A stretch of 43,771 nt of DNA from Thermostichus sp. DRC_bins_24 (GCA_039794845.1 JAUQVK010000011.1:1-43771), one strand, 5' to 3'; positions 26,568 to 36,630 are shown, numbered from the stretch's first letter. The notes: generated from the letters alone by a model not told the origin. A program made the numbers and translations.

Positions 26568-27341
26568 ATGTTAACTGAAGCCCCTCCTGCCACCCGACAA
26601 ATCCTGCAAATTCAGGATCTGACCGTTAGCTTCGATGGCTTTAAGGCTCTGAATGGCTTGAATTTTTCTCTGGATGAAGGGGAGTTGCGGGTGGTGATCG
26701 GCCCCAATGGAGCGGGTAAAACCACCTTCTTAGATGTGCTCACCGGCAAAGTGTTTCCCACCAAAGGGCGGGTACTGTTTAAGGGAAAAGATTTAACTAG
26801 GCTCAAGGAACATCAAATTTCCATTTTAGGCATTGGCCGTAAGTTTCAAACCCCAAGAGTCTACCAAAACCTCAGCCCCCGCCAGAACTTAGAATTATCC
26901 TTCAACCCCAATAAAGGGGTTTTCTCCACCTTGTTTGGTCGGCGCTCTCTAACAGAGAAGATAGATGCTTTACTAGAAACCATTGGCCTTACCCAAAAGG
27001 ATAGGATCCCGGCGGGGTTGCTCTCCCATGGGGAAAAACAGTGGTTGGAAATTGGCATGGTGATTGCTCAGAATCCAGATTTGTTATTGCTGGATGAATG
27101 TGTAGCAGGCATGACGGATAAAGAAACCGAAGCTACAGGAGAGTTGATTCAGGCCCTGGCCAAAGACCATACGATTGTTGTCATTGAGCATGATATGGTG
27201 TTTGTTCGGCAAATTGCCCGTAAAGTGACGGTGCTACATCAAGGGGCGATGCTCTGCGAGGGCAGCTTTGAGGAGGTGAAGAACGATCCACGGGTGATTG
27301 AAGTGTATCTCGGATCCCATAAATCTAAGAGGGAAGTTTAA
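26568..27341 (+). CDS. urtD: Urea ABC transporter ATP-binding protein
   Basis: GPNGAGKTT, GRKFQTP and LSHGEKQWLEIGM motifs. Confidence 0.95.
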   Translation: MLTEAPPATRQILQIQDLTVSFDGFKALNGLNFSLDEGELRVVIGPNGAGKTTFLDVLTGKVFPTKGRVLFKGKDLTRLKEHQISILGIGRKFQTPRVYQNLSPRQNLELSFNPNKGVFSTLFGRRSLTEKIDALLETIGLTQKDRIPAGLLSHGEKQWLEIGMVIAQNPDLLLLDECVAGMTDKETEATGELIQALAKDHTIVVIEHDMVFVRQIARKVTVLHQGAMLCEGSFEEVKNDPRVIEVYLGSHKSKREV

Positions 27342-27357
27342 GGTTTGCTGAAACGGG

Positions 27358-28134
27358 GTGAGCTTAACCATTGAGGAACCCATGAATACAGAAGCGGCTA
27401 AAGCAGCTCAGAATACTTCTCAAGACGGCTCAATACCTTTGCTAGAGGTCAGTAACCTGAGGGTTTACTACGGGCAAAGTTTAATCGTCAAGGATCTCAC
27501 CTTCAGGATCTTTCCCGGTCAGGCGGTTTGTCTTCTGGGTCGCAATGGTATGGGTAAAACCACTACCCTGAAAGCCTTGATGGGACTTCTTAAAGATTGC
27601 ACGGGTAGTATTACCTTGAATGGAACACCGATTGCTCATTATCCTCCCAATCTGCGGGCTTGTGCCGGAATTGGTTACGTGCCTCAAGGTCGAGAAATCT
27701 TTCCTCGCTTGACGGTGGAGGAAAATCTGCTGTTGGGGCTGGAGGCAGCCCCTAACAAAGCTAGAGTTGTACCGGATTTCGTTTACGAACTATTCCCGAT
27801 TCTTCACTCCTTTCTCAAGAGATTGGGAGGAGATTTAAGCGGTGGGCAACAACAGCAACTGGCCATTGCTAGAGCCTTGGTGGCAGATCCAAAGGTTTTG
27901 CTACTGGATGAACCCACAGAAGGGATCCAACCCTCTATCATTATCGAAATTGAAGAGGCGATTACCCGTATTCAAAAAGAACGGGGAGTTTCCGTCTTGT
28001 TGGTGGAACAGTATTTTGAATTTGCCCAGAGCTTAGCCGATTATTTTTACCTGATAGAAAACGGATCCCTGATTATGGAGGGGTTCACAGCCCAAATGGA
28101 TGAGGAGAAGGTTCGTTCTCACCTTTCGGTTTGA
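27358..28134 (+). CDS. urtE: Urea ABC transporter ATP-binding protein
   Basis: GRNGMGKTT, YVPQGREIF, LSGGQQQ and DEPTEGIQPS motifs; alternative ATG at 27382. Confidence 0.95.
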   Translation: MSLTIEEPMNTEAAKAAQNTSQDGSIPLLEVSNLRVYYGQSLIVKDLTFRIFPGQAVCLLGRNGMGKTTTLKALMGLLKDCTGSITLNGTPIAHYPPNLRACAGIGYVPQGREIFPRLTVEENLLLGLEAAPNKARVVPDFVYELFPILHSFLKRLGGDLSGGQQQQLAIARALVADPKVLLLDEPTEGIQPSIIIEIEEAITRIQKERGVSVLLVEQYFEFAQSLADYFYLIENGSLIMEGFTAQMDEEKVRSHLSV

Positions 28135-28315
28135 GAACGGCAAGGAGGAAGTACAGCGTCCTTCTCGGATACTCCTCAGCTCATCTCTTTACAGCCTTTC
28201 CCAGCGCGATTACAGCCAGGCCAAGTCGGTCTTGCTCGCAAGGAGTACCACCGTTTGCTCGACAAGGATGCAGCTCTACCTAGGGTGATCCAGGCTAAAG
28301 TTGGAAAAGGCTGTT

Positions 28316-28445
28316 GGGCACAGCGAAAAATCCAAGCCCTATTGAGAATAGCAATGATAGATAGCAATGATAGTGAGAATAGCAATGATAGAATGTGGTC
28401 TCTAGCCTTATCTAATTTGCAACAAGACAATTCATCGAAGTGCCC
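28316..28445. mobile_element. MITE copy 2 (99-bp family plus 31 bp of internal duplications)
   Basis: GGGCACAGCGAAAAATCC...AATTCATCGAAGTGCCC, homologous to 6668-6766; ATAGCAATGATAG occurs three times. Confidence 0.8.
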
Positions 28446-28447
28446 TA

Positions 28448-29992
28448 TTAATGACCTCCCATCTTATGGCCGATTTCCTTGAGATCCACACTGGCAATCG
28501 GACTCTCGTAAACAAATTGCCCCCCTGTCATCACCAGTAAGCGATCGGAAAGTTTGAGCAGTTCATCTAGATCTTCGCTAATCAATAGGACGGCTACCCC
28601 CCGATTACGAGCATCCACAATTTGTGAGTGAATGTAGTCTACTGCCGCAAAATCTAGCCCGACGCAGGGGTTAGCGGCAATCAAAATTTGCGGATCCCCA
28701 GACAGTTCCCGAGCCAAGACGGCCCGCTGCACGTTACCACCCGATAGATTGCCGATGGGGGTTTGAGCGGTAGGCGTTTTCACCTTAAACTGCTCGATCA
28801 ATGCTCGCGCCGAGCGCCAAATTTCTTGCCAGATTAGCATCCAGCCTTTCGCCATCGGATCCCGGTCGTAACGGCGCAGAGCCAAGTTTTCGCCCACGCT
28901 CATATTGGGGATCGAGGCATTTCTCAGGGGTTCTTCGGGCAGACAACAAATGCGGTGGCGTGCCATTTCAGCCCGAGTGGCCGTATACGGTTGTCCATTG
29001 ACCTTGATCCGACCTCCTGTCGCCATTCGTTGTCCTGCCAAAACTTCCATCAGCTCCCGCTGGCCATTCCCCGAAACCCCAGCAATCCCAACGATCTCCC
29101 CTCCGTGCACGGTCAGGGTAACCCCTCGGACAGCCGGCAAGCCATTGTCTTTATCCGCATGGAGCTCTTCGATTTGCAGCAACGGGGATCCCGTCTTGCT
29201 GAGGGCCTTTTCCAGTTGCACCTGCACTCGCTGCTGGCCCAACATCATCTCGGCCATTTTCGCCGTGGAGAGATCCTTTACTTCTCCGTGACCGGCCAAT
29301 TGCCCACGGCGCAACACCGTCACCTCATCGGCAAAGGCATTCACCTCCCGAAACTTGTGGGTAATCAGCAGTACACTCAGTTCTCCGGCTTCTACAGAGC
29401 GACGTACGAGGCCCAAGACTTCGTCGGCTTCTTCTGGGGTGAGCACGGAAGTAGGCTCATCCAAAATCAGGATTTTGGTGTTTAGATAAAGCTGCTTGAG
29501 AATTTCTACCTTCTGTTTTTCCCCTGCGGCCAAATCAGAAATAGAAGCCCGTAAGTTCACCTGAAAGGGTGCTGTTTCCATAAAGGCCGCCAGCTTCTCT
29601 TGCTCCTCTTTCCAGTTGATCACCAGCGGCAGATCGGGACGAGCCAACACCAGGTTTTCTGCCACAGTCATGGCGGGGACAGAGGTGAAATGTTGGTACA
29701 CCATGCCAATGCCGTAGTGATAAGCATCGCGTGGACTGTTGATGGCACGGGCTCGCTTGCCGATACAAATATCACCAGAGTCGGCATGATAAAAGCCCAT
29801 AATGCACTTCACCAAGGTGCTTTTTCCAGCTCCGTTTTCTCCCAGAAGGGCATGAAAGGATCCCGGCTTTAACTTCAGGGAAACATGGTCTAGAGCTACT
29901 AGGGATCCAAAGCGCTTGGTGATGTTAACCGCCTCCAGTTCTGGAGGGGCTTTTTGTGTCATGGAGATTTCGGTTTGGGCAGTGGTGGTCAT
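28448..29992 (-). CDS. ABC transporter ATP-binding protein, tandem domains (CUT2 type)
   Basis: GENGAGKST, ILDEPT and LSGGNVQR motifs. Confidence 0.93.
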   Translation of the reverse strand: MTTTAQTEISMTQKAPPELEAVNITKRFGSLVALDHVSLKLKPGSFHALLGENGAGKSTLVKCIMGFYHADSGDICIGKRARAINSPRDAYHYGIGMVYQHFTSVPAMTVAENLVLARPDLPLVINWKEEQEKLAAFMETAPFQVNLRASISDLAAGEKQKVEILKQLYLNTKILILDEPTSVLTPEEADEVLGLVRRSVEAGELSVLLITHKFREVNAFADEVTVLRRGQLAGHGEVKDLSTAKMAEMMLGQQRVQVQLEKALSKTGSPLLQIEELHADKDNGLPAVRGVTLTVHGGEIVGIAGVSGNGQRELMEVLAGQRMATGGRIKVNGQPYTATRAEMARHRICCLPEEPLRNASIPNMSVGENLALRRYDRDPMAKGWMLIWQEIWRSARALIEQFKVKTPTAQTPIGNLSGGNVQRAVLARELSGDPQILIAANPCVGLDFAAVDYIHSQIVDARNRGVAVLLISEDLDELLKLSDRLLVMTGGQFVYESPIASVDLKEIGHKMGGH

Positions 29993-30061
29993 GGGTAGAA
30001 TGTGCTCCTGAGTTGATTGTCTAGTCGGGTGACAAGGACGGTTCTTATCGGTTCTTATGAA

Positions 30062-30505
30062 TTAGAGGGGTTCTAAAAAATGGTCTAAATCAAGCTGGGT
30101 TTGCTTGAGGATTTTTGCTACAGCCCTTTACGCCTAGGGCACGCTGGCACGTTCGCCCATGGCGGCCCATAGGGCACCGCTAGTCACGTATCACAACTGT
30201 GGGAGTTAGGATCCGCTCTCTAGAAGGCTAGTGCTCCGCACCTCGCGGAGTGAGAACAGGAATCACAATCCCTGATCCCTGCTGTAGAAAACCCGCGCAA
30301 GGGCTGTAATGTTGAACGCTTGACGGGTCTGTGGGCAGGGAGGGTTATCTTAAGCGTGCCCTCAGGCAGAGACTTCTCGAGTCGAATAGGACTCCCTTTC
30401 TGGCGTACCCAAACTCATCCATCTTCAAACTCATCCATCTTGTTGTAGAGCAGTGAGGATCTCTTGATAGGAGAGGTGATAGGAGAGGCTGGGAACCTTG
30501 CTCAT
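30062..30505 (-). pseudogene. hicA: HicA toxin pseudogene interrupted by a MITE
   Basis: MSKVPSLSY...QQDG*...VRQKGSPIRLEK...PAHRPVKRSTL, insertion, AKILKQTQLDLDHFLEPL*; ATG overlaps the hicB stop. Confidence 0.85.
30121..30306. mobile_element. 186-bp MITE with TA target duplication
   Basis: TA-CAGCCCTT...AAGGGCTG-TA; removing the element and one TA restores ACA TTA GCA AAA (TLAK) in hicA. Confidence 0.85.
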
Positions 30506-30705
30506 CCCAGGACTTCTTGGATGATACTCCTGTCTTTGTCAGGATTCACATCGGCTTCTGTCTCTAGGTAGAGTTCAATGGCTTCTCGAATGTTGGCTAG
30601 AGCAGCTTCAATCATATCTCCCTCACCAATGCAACCCGGCAAAACAGGAACATAGATGGTGTACCCTCCCTCTCCACTGGGTTCCGGAACAACCTTGAGC
30701 TTCAT
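30502..30705 (-). CDS. hicB: HicB family antitoxin (short form)
   Basis: [36 protein letters not shown]. Confidence 0.9.
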   Translation of the reverse strand: MKLKVVPEPSGEGGYTIYVPVLPGCIGEGDMIEAALANIREAIELYLETEADVNPDKDRSIIQEVLG

Positions 30706-31403
30706 CCCTCAACTCCCTTTAGGGTCTTTAGGGTCTCGATCAACGCAGCAGAACTGGCGACTGCCCCGAAAACACCGCCTTGCATCTGTATCATTTTCAG
30801 AGCCGCGAGATAATTTCCGTAGTCTGTGGCACCTGTGCAGTCGGTCAGCAACAAACATTCATAGCCACGGTCGTTGGCCTCCCGCAGGGTGGTGTGGACA
30901 CACACATCGGTGGTAATGCCCGTCAGGATCAGGTTTTGGATGCCCAGACGCCTGAGAATTAAGTCCAAATCGGTAGCGTAGAAGGATCCCTTGCCGGGTT
31001 TGTCGATGATCACTTCGCCGGGCAGCGGGGCCAGTTCCGGGATGATCTCCCAGCCCGGTTCCCCTCGGATTAGGATCCGCCCACAAGGGCCGGGATCCCC
31101 AATTCCTGCGCCAATGCGTTGACTGCGCCAGCGTTTGTTTTCCGGTAAATCCGACAGATCGGGGCGGTGCCCTTCACGGGTATGCAGGATAGGAAAGCCT
31201 TGGGCCCGCATGACCGCCAGCACCTGCCGAATCGGCTCAATCGGGGCGCGGGTGAGGGAGAGGTCGTAGCCCATTTTGTCCACATAGCCGCCCACACCGC
31301 AGAAATCCGTCTGCATGTCGATGATGATCAGGGCGGTATTCTCGGGCCGTAGGTCGCCATTGTAGGGGTAGGGGTAGGGTTCTGCCGCAACGTAGGATCC
31401 CAT
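30702..31403 (-). CDS. biuH: Biuret amidohydrolase (isochorismatase-family cysteine hydrolase)
   Basis: [33 protein letters not shown] and MQGGVFG match characterised BiuH motifs as recalled; ATG at 31403. Confidence 0.85.
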   Translation of the reverse strand: MGSYVAAEPYPYPYNGDLRPENTALIIIDMQTDFCGVGGYVDKMGYDLSLTRAPIEPIRQVLAVMRAQGFPILHTREGHRPDLSDLPENKRWRSQRIGAGIGDPGPCGRILIRGEPGWEIIPELAPLPGEVIIDKPGKGSFYATDLDLILRRLGIQNLILTGITTDVCVHTTLREANDRGYECLLLTDCTGATDYGNYLAALKMIQMQGGVFGAVASSAALIETLKTLKGVEG

Positions 31404-31562
31404 GGTAGGCGTGAGAATGAACAGGCCGATTGCAACTTTGGGTGATATCACTCTAGGGCTGCCCAACCCTTCTCGCAAGCGGAGTTTGGAGCTTAGGATC
31501 CCTAGCCAAACCCCAAGACCTGCCAAGATAAAACAAAGTTTGCCATTTTCATTTCTGGGCTT

Positions 31563-32630
31563 GTGTCTCCCCCGATTCAATTCACGGCAGAACCTTGGTT
31601 ACACACCTACAGCGAAATCATCGATGTGCGTTCTCCGGCGGAGTTTGTGGAGGATCACTGGCCAGGAGCGGTGAATTTGCCGGTTTTGGAGGATGCGGAA
31701 CGGGCGGAGGTGGGGATCCTCTACAAGCAGGTGGATCCGTTTACGGCCCGCAAACGAGGGGCCAGCTTGGTGGCTCAGAACATCAGCCGCCATTTGCAAA
31801 CCCATTTTGCCGATAAAGACCGCGACTATCGCCCCTTGATCTACTGCTGGCGTGGGGGGCAACGCTCCGGCAGTTTGGCCCTGGTGCTGTCGCAGGTGGG
31901 CTGGCTGGTCACCGTTGTGGAGGGGGGGTACAAAACCTATCGGGCTTGGGTGCGGCGGCAACTGCAGAGCCTGCCTCAGCAGTTTACCTATCGAGTTTTG
32001 TGTGGGGCGACGGGCAGTGGCAAAACACAGTTGCTGCATCAGCTGCGCCAACAGGGGGCCCAGGTTTTGGATCTGGAGGGGTTGGCTCAACATCGGGGAT
32101 CCCTTTTGGGAGCAGAGTGGCAGCGACCGCAACCCAGTCAAAAGGGGTTTGAGAGCCAGTTGTTACAGGCGTTTTTGGGCTGGGATCCCGCTCAACCGGT
32201 CTGGGTGGAAGCCGAGAGCGCCAAAGTGGGCCAGTTGCATCTTCCCCCGGCTCTTTGGCAAGCCCTGACCGCATCCGACTGTGTAGAGGTACACTTACCC
32301 TTGGCCGAGCGGGTAGCAGGGTTGATCGCCCGGTATCCCCACTGGATCGAGCATCCGCAGGAATTGAAACGGAAATTACTGCCTCTGAAACCGCGCTACG
32401 GACAGGCCCGTTTACAACGGTGGTTTGAGCTCATCGACAGCAAGAACTGGCCCCTGTTTGTACAGGAGCTGCTGGAGCAACATTACGACCCCACCTACAG
32501 ACACGGCTTGCAGCGAGATTTCAGTCGCATCCGCACTCGGATTCAGCTACCCGACCTCTCAGAACTCAGCCTGAAGGAAGCCGCCGAACAGTTGCTTATC
32601 TCCTCATCCCTGGCTAAGCCAGCACGATGA
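31563..32630 (+). CDS. mnmH: tRNA 2-selenouridine synthase
   Basis: Rhodanese IDVRSP and [10 protein letters not shown]-loop [15 protein letters not shown]. Confidence 0.93.
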   Translation: MSPPIQFTAEPWLHTYSEIIDVRSPAEFVEDHWPGAVNLPVLEDAERAEVGILYKQVDPFTARKRGASLVAQNISRHLQTHFADKDRDYRPLIYCWRGGQRSGSLALVLSQVGWLVTVVEGGYKTYRAWVRRQLQSLPQQFTYRVLCGATGSGKTQLLHQLRQQGAQVLDLEGLAQHRGSLLGAEWQRPQPSQKGFESQLLQAFLGWDPAQPVWVEAESAKVGQLHLPPALWQALTASDCVEVHLPLAERVAGLIARYPHWIEHPQELKRKLLPLKPRYGQARLQRWFELIDSKNWPLFVQELLEQHYDPTYRHGLQRDFSRIRTRIQLPDLSELSLKEAAEQLLISSSLAKPAR

Positions 32631-33417
32631 ACTCTAGGGCCCGCAACACCTCAAACCAATCGGAAACCGCCAGCTGAACCGTGTAGTCCCCTGCTAAGGT
32701 GGCCCCTGGATAAAAGGACTTGCGGTAGGCCCGCGGCGGATGTTTGTAGTCCACTTCCAGGAGAAAGTGCTCGGGTAAAGGGCGGGGTTGATGGGTTTCC
32801 AATTGGTGCAGGGCCTGGGCTACTCCCTCGCGGATTTGTTGAAGAATGCGCTGCGGGTGGTGGGCAATGACGGATTGGCCGATCCCTTTGTGGGTGATCA
32901 CGGTTTGAATCTTGGGATCGTAGGCTTTGGCGGCGGCACACAGATCGGCATCTCCGGCCAGAAAAACGACTGGGATCCCTTCGTAGGCGGCGGTGAGGCT
33001 GACCAAATGAAACTCGGCGATCGCTTGGCCGTTCAACCGGATTTGGCTGACTTCGGTGGTGTAGGTGTGGGCGAGGGGATGGGCACCGGATCCGGCAGGG
33101 GAATGATAGCCAATCAAGATCAAGGCATCGTAACTGCGATCCAGCTCCTGTACCATGCAATAAGGGTGGCCGCTCCAGCCACGGATAAGCTCTGCCTGTT
33201 CGGGAAGCCGGTCAGGAATCAGGTTGCGCCCGGAATCATGGGCATCTTTAACGGTGATGTGTGTTGCTCCGGCAGCCAGGGATCCCTCGCAAGCGGCGAT
33301 GACCTCGCGGGTCATTTGTTCCCGAAACAGCTCATAACCGGGTTGGCCGATGGTGGCCTCATCCCAGTGGTTGATGCTGGTGATCCCTTCGATATCGGCA
33401 CTGATGTAGACCTTCAT
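32614..33417 (-). CDS. M55 family D-aminopeptidase (DppA-like)
   Basis: MKVYISADIEG, DAH, GYH and LAHT motifs. Confidence 0.92.
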   Translation of the reverse strand: MKVYISADIEGITSINHWDEATIGQPGYELFREQMTREVIAACEGSLAAGATHITVKDAHDSGRNLIPDRLPEQAELIRGWSGHPYCMVQELDRSYDALILIGYHSPAGSGAHPLAHTYTTEVSQIRLNGQAIAEFHLVSLTAAYEGIPVVFLAGDADLCAAAKAYDPKIQTVITHKGIGQSVIAHHPQRILQQIREGVAQALHQLETHQPRPLPEHFLLEVDYKHPPRAYRKSFYPGATLAGDYTVQLAVSDWFEVLRALEFIVLA

Positions 33418-33661
33418 GATGTCAAGATGATGTCAAGCGCGGTCCAGTGGATTTGGATTTATGAATAACAAGGAGGGCTTCATCCCCTCAGCTCAGGCAA
33501 CCGTGAAGACACAAGGCAGATGGATCACACGGGATCCCCTCGAGAGGAACCAAGATCCCTCCGGTGGGCCTGGAACCACTTTAGCGAGCCACGGGATCCC
33601 CCAGAAGCGCCGGGAGTGATACCTTGAGAAAAAGTGTAGGATCCCCACCGGAGCCGTTCCA

Positions 33662-34027
33662 ATGCTGAAATGCACCACTCGTCACGTTCATATTTTTGCT
33701 GGTGAGGTCACGGCCAACAACAACTTCCTGCCCCGAGAAGACCTGTTCACCCTGGATGTCGATCCAGACAACGAGCTGGTTTGGAACGATGCTGCCCTCC
33801 AGAAGGTCTACGCCCGCTTTGAGGAGTTGGTGGCGGAGTACGAAGGCCGGGATTTGACCGAGTACAACATGCGCCGCATTGGGTCGGATCTGGAGCACTT
33901 CATTCGGTCTTTGCTCAAGCAAGGGGAGATTGCCTATAACCTGAGCGGGCGTACCCCCAACTTCAGCATGGGTTTCCCCCAGATCCCTGCCGAGGAAATC
34001 GTTGGCCAATACATCCCTAAGGGCTAG
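33662..34027 (+). CDS. ndhM: NAD(P)H-quinone oxidoreductase subunit M
   Basis: MLKCTTRHVHIF, LDVDPDNE and YNMRRIGSDLEHFIR motifs. Confidence 0.96.
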   Translation: MLKCTTRHVHIFAGEVTANNNFLPREDLFTLDVDPDNELVWNDAALQKVYARFEELVAEYEGRDLTEYNMRRIGSDLEHFIRSLLKQGEIAYNLSGRTPNFSMGFPQIPAEEIVGQYIPKG

Positions 34028-34123
34028 TTCCCTGAAGTTCCCGAAGATTCAGAAGAAGAAGTAGAGAGAAATAGAGAGAGAATATAGAGTTTCTGGTTCA
34101 GTCTGCACCCATCGCCGGAGTCT

Positions 34124-34600
34124 TTGAGTATGTCTGTGTCTGGAGAACCCACCCCCGAAACTGCCGCTCCTCAAGAGGCCTCTGTCAAAAAGCCCCCTCG
34201 GGCTAAGGCTGCCAAACCTGTGGCTGAAGATTCCGGCACTGCTGAAGCTACCCCCAAGGCTGCTGGTAAGAAAGCAGCCAAAGCAGAAAAGCCCTTTGAG
34301 CAGGAAATCACGGAGGATGTGATCCCCGCAGCCATGGCTGCTTTTCAAAAACGGGGGGTGGAGGATCTCCAACTGCGCCTTGAGGGGAAAACGTTGCTTG
34401 GCTCCTTTGCGGGTGGGAAAAAGCAGTTTAGTGTGTTGTTCGCCGAGGGATCCCTGAATGGTCGTAAGTTCTTTCGCTGTACCACCGAGGGATCCCCGGC
34501 CAGCACCATCGAGTCTTTTATGATCGATGAGCGTCGCGTGGATGTGAGCCTATTTGTGTTTTATTTGGTGCAGCGCCTCTACGCCCAGCAGTGGTATTGA
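34124..34600 (+). CDS. DUF2996 domain protein
   Basis: EKPF, STIESFMIDE and YLVQRL...QQW motifs. Confidence 0.85.
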   Translation: MSMSVSGEPTPETAAPQEASVKKPPRAKAAKPVAEDSGTAEATPKAAGKKAAKAEKPFEQEITEDVIPAAMAAFQKRGVEDLQLRLEGKTLLGSFAGGKKQFSVLFAEGSLNGRKFFRCTTEGSPASTIESFMIDERRVDVSLFVFYLVQRLYAQQWY

Positions 34601-34667
34601 GTGTGTTGCCAGGAGTCTACTCTATAACCTTCGCGGTGACTGCTCTCTGCGGCAGGCTGCGTCAACA

Positions 34668-34741
34668 GTTGCCCACTGCTACACCGCTCCCCGAGCTTAT
34701 GGCTATCTTGCTACGCAAGGTGCGGAGCACTGCGACGGATC
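34668..34741. repeat. Small dispersed repeat
   Basis: 34722-34741 matches the reverse complement of 1533-1552 at 19/20; 34668-34691 matches the reverse complement of 1573-1596 at 19/24. Confidence 0.65.
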
Positions 34742-34801
34742 TGGGTAGTTAGGTTTCCTGCGGTGCCAGAATAACGGTAGCCTCCCCCCTCTCAGCCCTT
34801 C

Positions 34802-35452
34802 ATGTTGCAAGTTCAACATCTTTCCTATCATCCGGCAGCAGCAGCCCAACCCATTTTGAAGGATCTCTCTTTTCAGTTGGGACTACATCAGTTGGGGCTG
34901 ATCGTGGGCAAAAGTGGGGCAGGCAAGAGCACTCTGCTGGAGATCCTGGCCGGATTGGCGCGCCCTACCCAGGGGCGGATTGCCTGGGAGGGGGTCACCC
35001 TCTTGCCCTCCCAACTGCGGAGCATGGCGGGGTTGGTGTTTCAGTTCCCGGAGCGGCACTTCTGTGGCCTCACCCTGCTGGATGAAATGCGCTTCGGCCA
35101 TCCCGAGCTACGGGAAAAAGAGATCGAACATGTTCTCAAACAGGTGGGGTTGGAAGGGATCCCATTGCAGAGTTCCCCCAACCATCTGAGTGGGGGGCAA
35201 CAACGGCGCTTGGCTTTGGCGGTGCAGCTGATTCGCGGCCCGTTTTTGCTGCTGTTGGATGAGCCGACGGCAGGGCTGGACTGGTCTGTGCGGCGGCAGC
35301 TGATCGATCTGTTGGCACGACTGAAATCGATGTGGACGGTATTGGTGGTTTCCCACGACCCAGAAGAGCTGGCGGAGATTGCCGATGTGCAGTGGACGTT
35401 GCAAGCGGGATCCCTGCAGCCGGTCCCGGCGGATGCGGTGCTTCACAGATAA
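34802..35452 (+). CDS. ABC transporter ATP-binding protein (EcfA/CbiO-like)
   Basis: GKSGAGKST, LVFQFPERHF, LSGGQQRR and LDEPTAGLD motifs. Confidence 0.9.
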   Translation: MLQVQHLSYHPAAAAQPILKDLSFQLGLHQLGLIVGKSGAGKSTLLEILAGLARPTQGRIAWEGVTLLPSQLRSMAGLVFQFPERHFCGLTLLDEMRFGHPELREKEIEHVLKQVGLEGIPLQSSPNHLSGGQQRRLALAVQLIRGPFLLLLDEPTAGLDWSVRRQLIDLLARLKSMWTVLVVSHDPEELAEIADVQWTLQAGSLQPVPADAVLHR

Positions 35453-36630
35453 CGGCGGGGATCCACCGGTTGGCCGTTGCGGCGTACCTCAAAGTGAACG
35501 TGAGGACCGGTGGATAGCCCGGTTGAGCCTGCGGCAGCAATGACTTGCCCTCGCTGTACCGATTGCCCAACCCCAACGGCAACCCGGCTGTTGTGGGCGT
35601 AGAGGGTGGTGATGCCGCCCCCATGGTTGATGATGACCGTGTTGCCGTAGCCGCCATACCAGCCGGCGTAGATGACGGTACCCCGATCTGCTGCCCGGAC
35701 AGGGGTGCCCGTGGGTACTCCAAAGTCGATGCCCGCATGAAAGCGCCGGGTGCGATAAATGGGGTGAACCCGCCAGCCAAAGGGACTGGTGATCGGCCCC
35801 CCCACCGGAGCCACCAAGCGCCCGGTGCCCTGTACCGGATCCCCTCCTCCCCGTTGCTGGGCCTGTTGGGCAATCAGCTGCTGAATCAAGCCCGTGAGCT
35901 GTTGGGAGTCAGCCTCCAAACGCCGTTGTGCGGCTTCAAAAGAAGCCCGCTCATTGGCCAGTCTCCCCACCAGTTGCTCTTGGGTAGCGGCCTGCTGCTG
36001 CAGTTGGTTTTTCTGAGCTGCCAGCTCCTGCAAAATCAAAGAGATCTCGTTGCGCTGTACCTCCAGGGCAATGCGCTGTTGATCCACCTCCATGGCCGTC
36101 ACCTGTAGCTCCTGGATCAGCTGCCGATCCGCCTCGATCAACAGTTGCAGTTGGTGGCGACGGTCGAAAAACTCGTTTAGATCGCGGCTGCTGAGGAGCA
36201 AGGCCCACCAGTGTTCGGCTCCCTGTCGCTGCATATATCGCAACCGGGCGGCGGTGCCCTGCTGTTGCCGCTTCAGGCGGTCTTCCAAATCCTGGAGATC
36301 CTTCTGGGCCTGCTCCAGTGCTTTCTGAGCTTGTTCCAGGCGATACTGGTTATCCCGCAGGCTTGACTCGGTTTGTTGGATATTTTGCTGCAGGGATCCC
36401 ATGCGGCGGCGGGCTTCCTGTTCCGCTTGGCGCAGTTCTTCCAGGCGGCGTTGGTTGCCCTGAATTTGCTGCTGGATCTGCTGCTGCCGTTGTTGCAGTT
36501 GGTTGACATTCTGCGCCTGAGAAGGAGCAACCACCCATAGACCTCCCAGCAGCAGGAGGGCGAGCAGCCCTAGCAACATCCACGCCCTTAGGCTTCGTGC
36601 CACACGACTCAAACCCACCTTTCCCCACAA
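35443..36630 (-). CDS. M23 peptidase / EnvC-like coiled-coil murein hydrolase activator
   Basis: Signal peptide, Q-rich coiled coil, HAGIDF, YAH and GPHVHFE motifs; the start may be further downstream. Confidence 0.9.
   Translation of the reverse strand: MWGKVGLSRVARSLRAWMLLGLLALLLLGGLWVVAPSQAQNVNQLQQRQQQIQQQIQGNQRRLEELRQAEQEARRRMGSLQQNIQQTESSLRDNQYRLEQAQKALEQAQKDLQDLEDRLKRQQQGTAARLRYMQRQGAEHWWALLLSSRDLNEFFDRRHQLQLLIEADRQLIQELQVTAMEVDQQRIALEVQRNEISLILQELAAQKNQLQQQAATQEQLVGRLANERASFEAAQRRLEADSQQLTGLIQQLIAQQAQQRGGGDPVQGTGRLVAPVGGPITSPFGWRVHPIYRTRRFHAGIDFGVPTGTPVRAADRGTVIYAGWYGGYGNTVIINHGGGITTLYAHNSRVAVGVGQSVQRGQVIAAAGSTGLSTGPHVHFEVRRNGQPVDPRRYL

Noticed and set aside
28100..28482. Short ORFs between urtE and the ABC ATPase
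   Set aside because: They span the MITE and its duplications and show no protein family signal.
31404..31562. NtcA box upstream of biuH
   Set aside because: No GTA-N8-TAC found; only a short GTGATATCAC palindrome of unclear meaning.
31404..31580. N-terminal extension of biuH
   Set aside because: Family similarity starts at MGSYVAAEP; the extension covers the divergent promoter region and overlaps mnmH.
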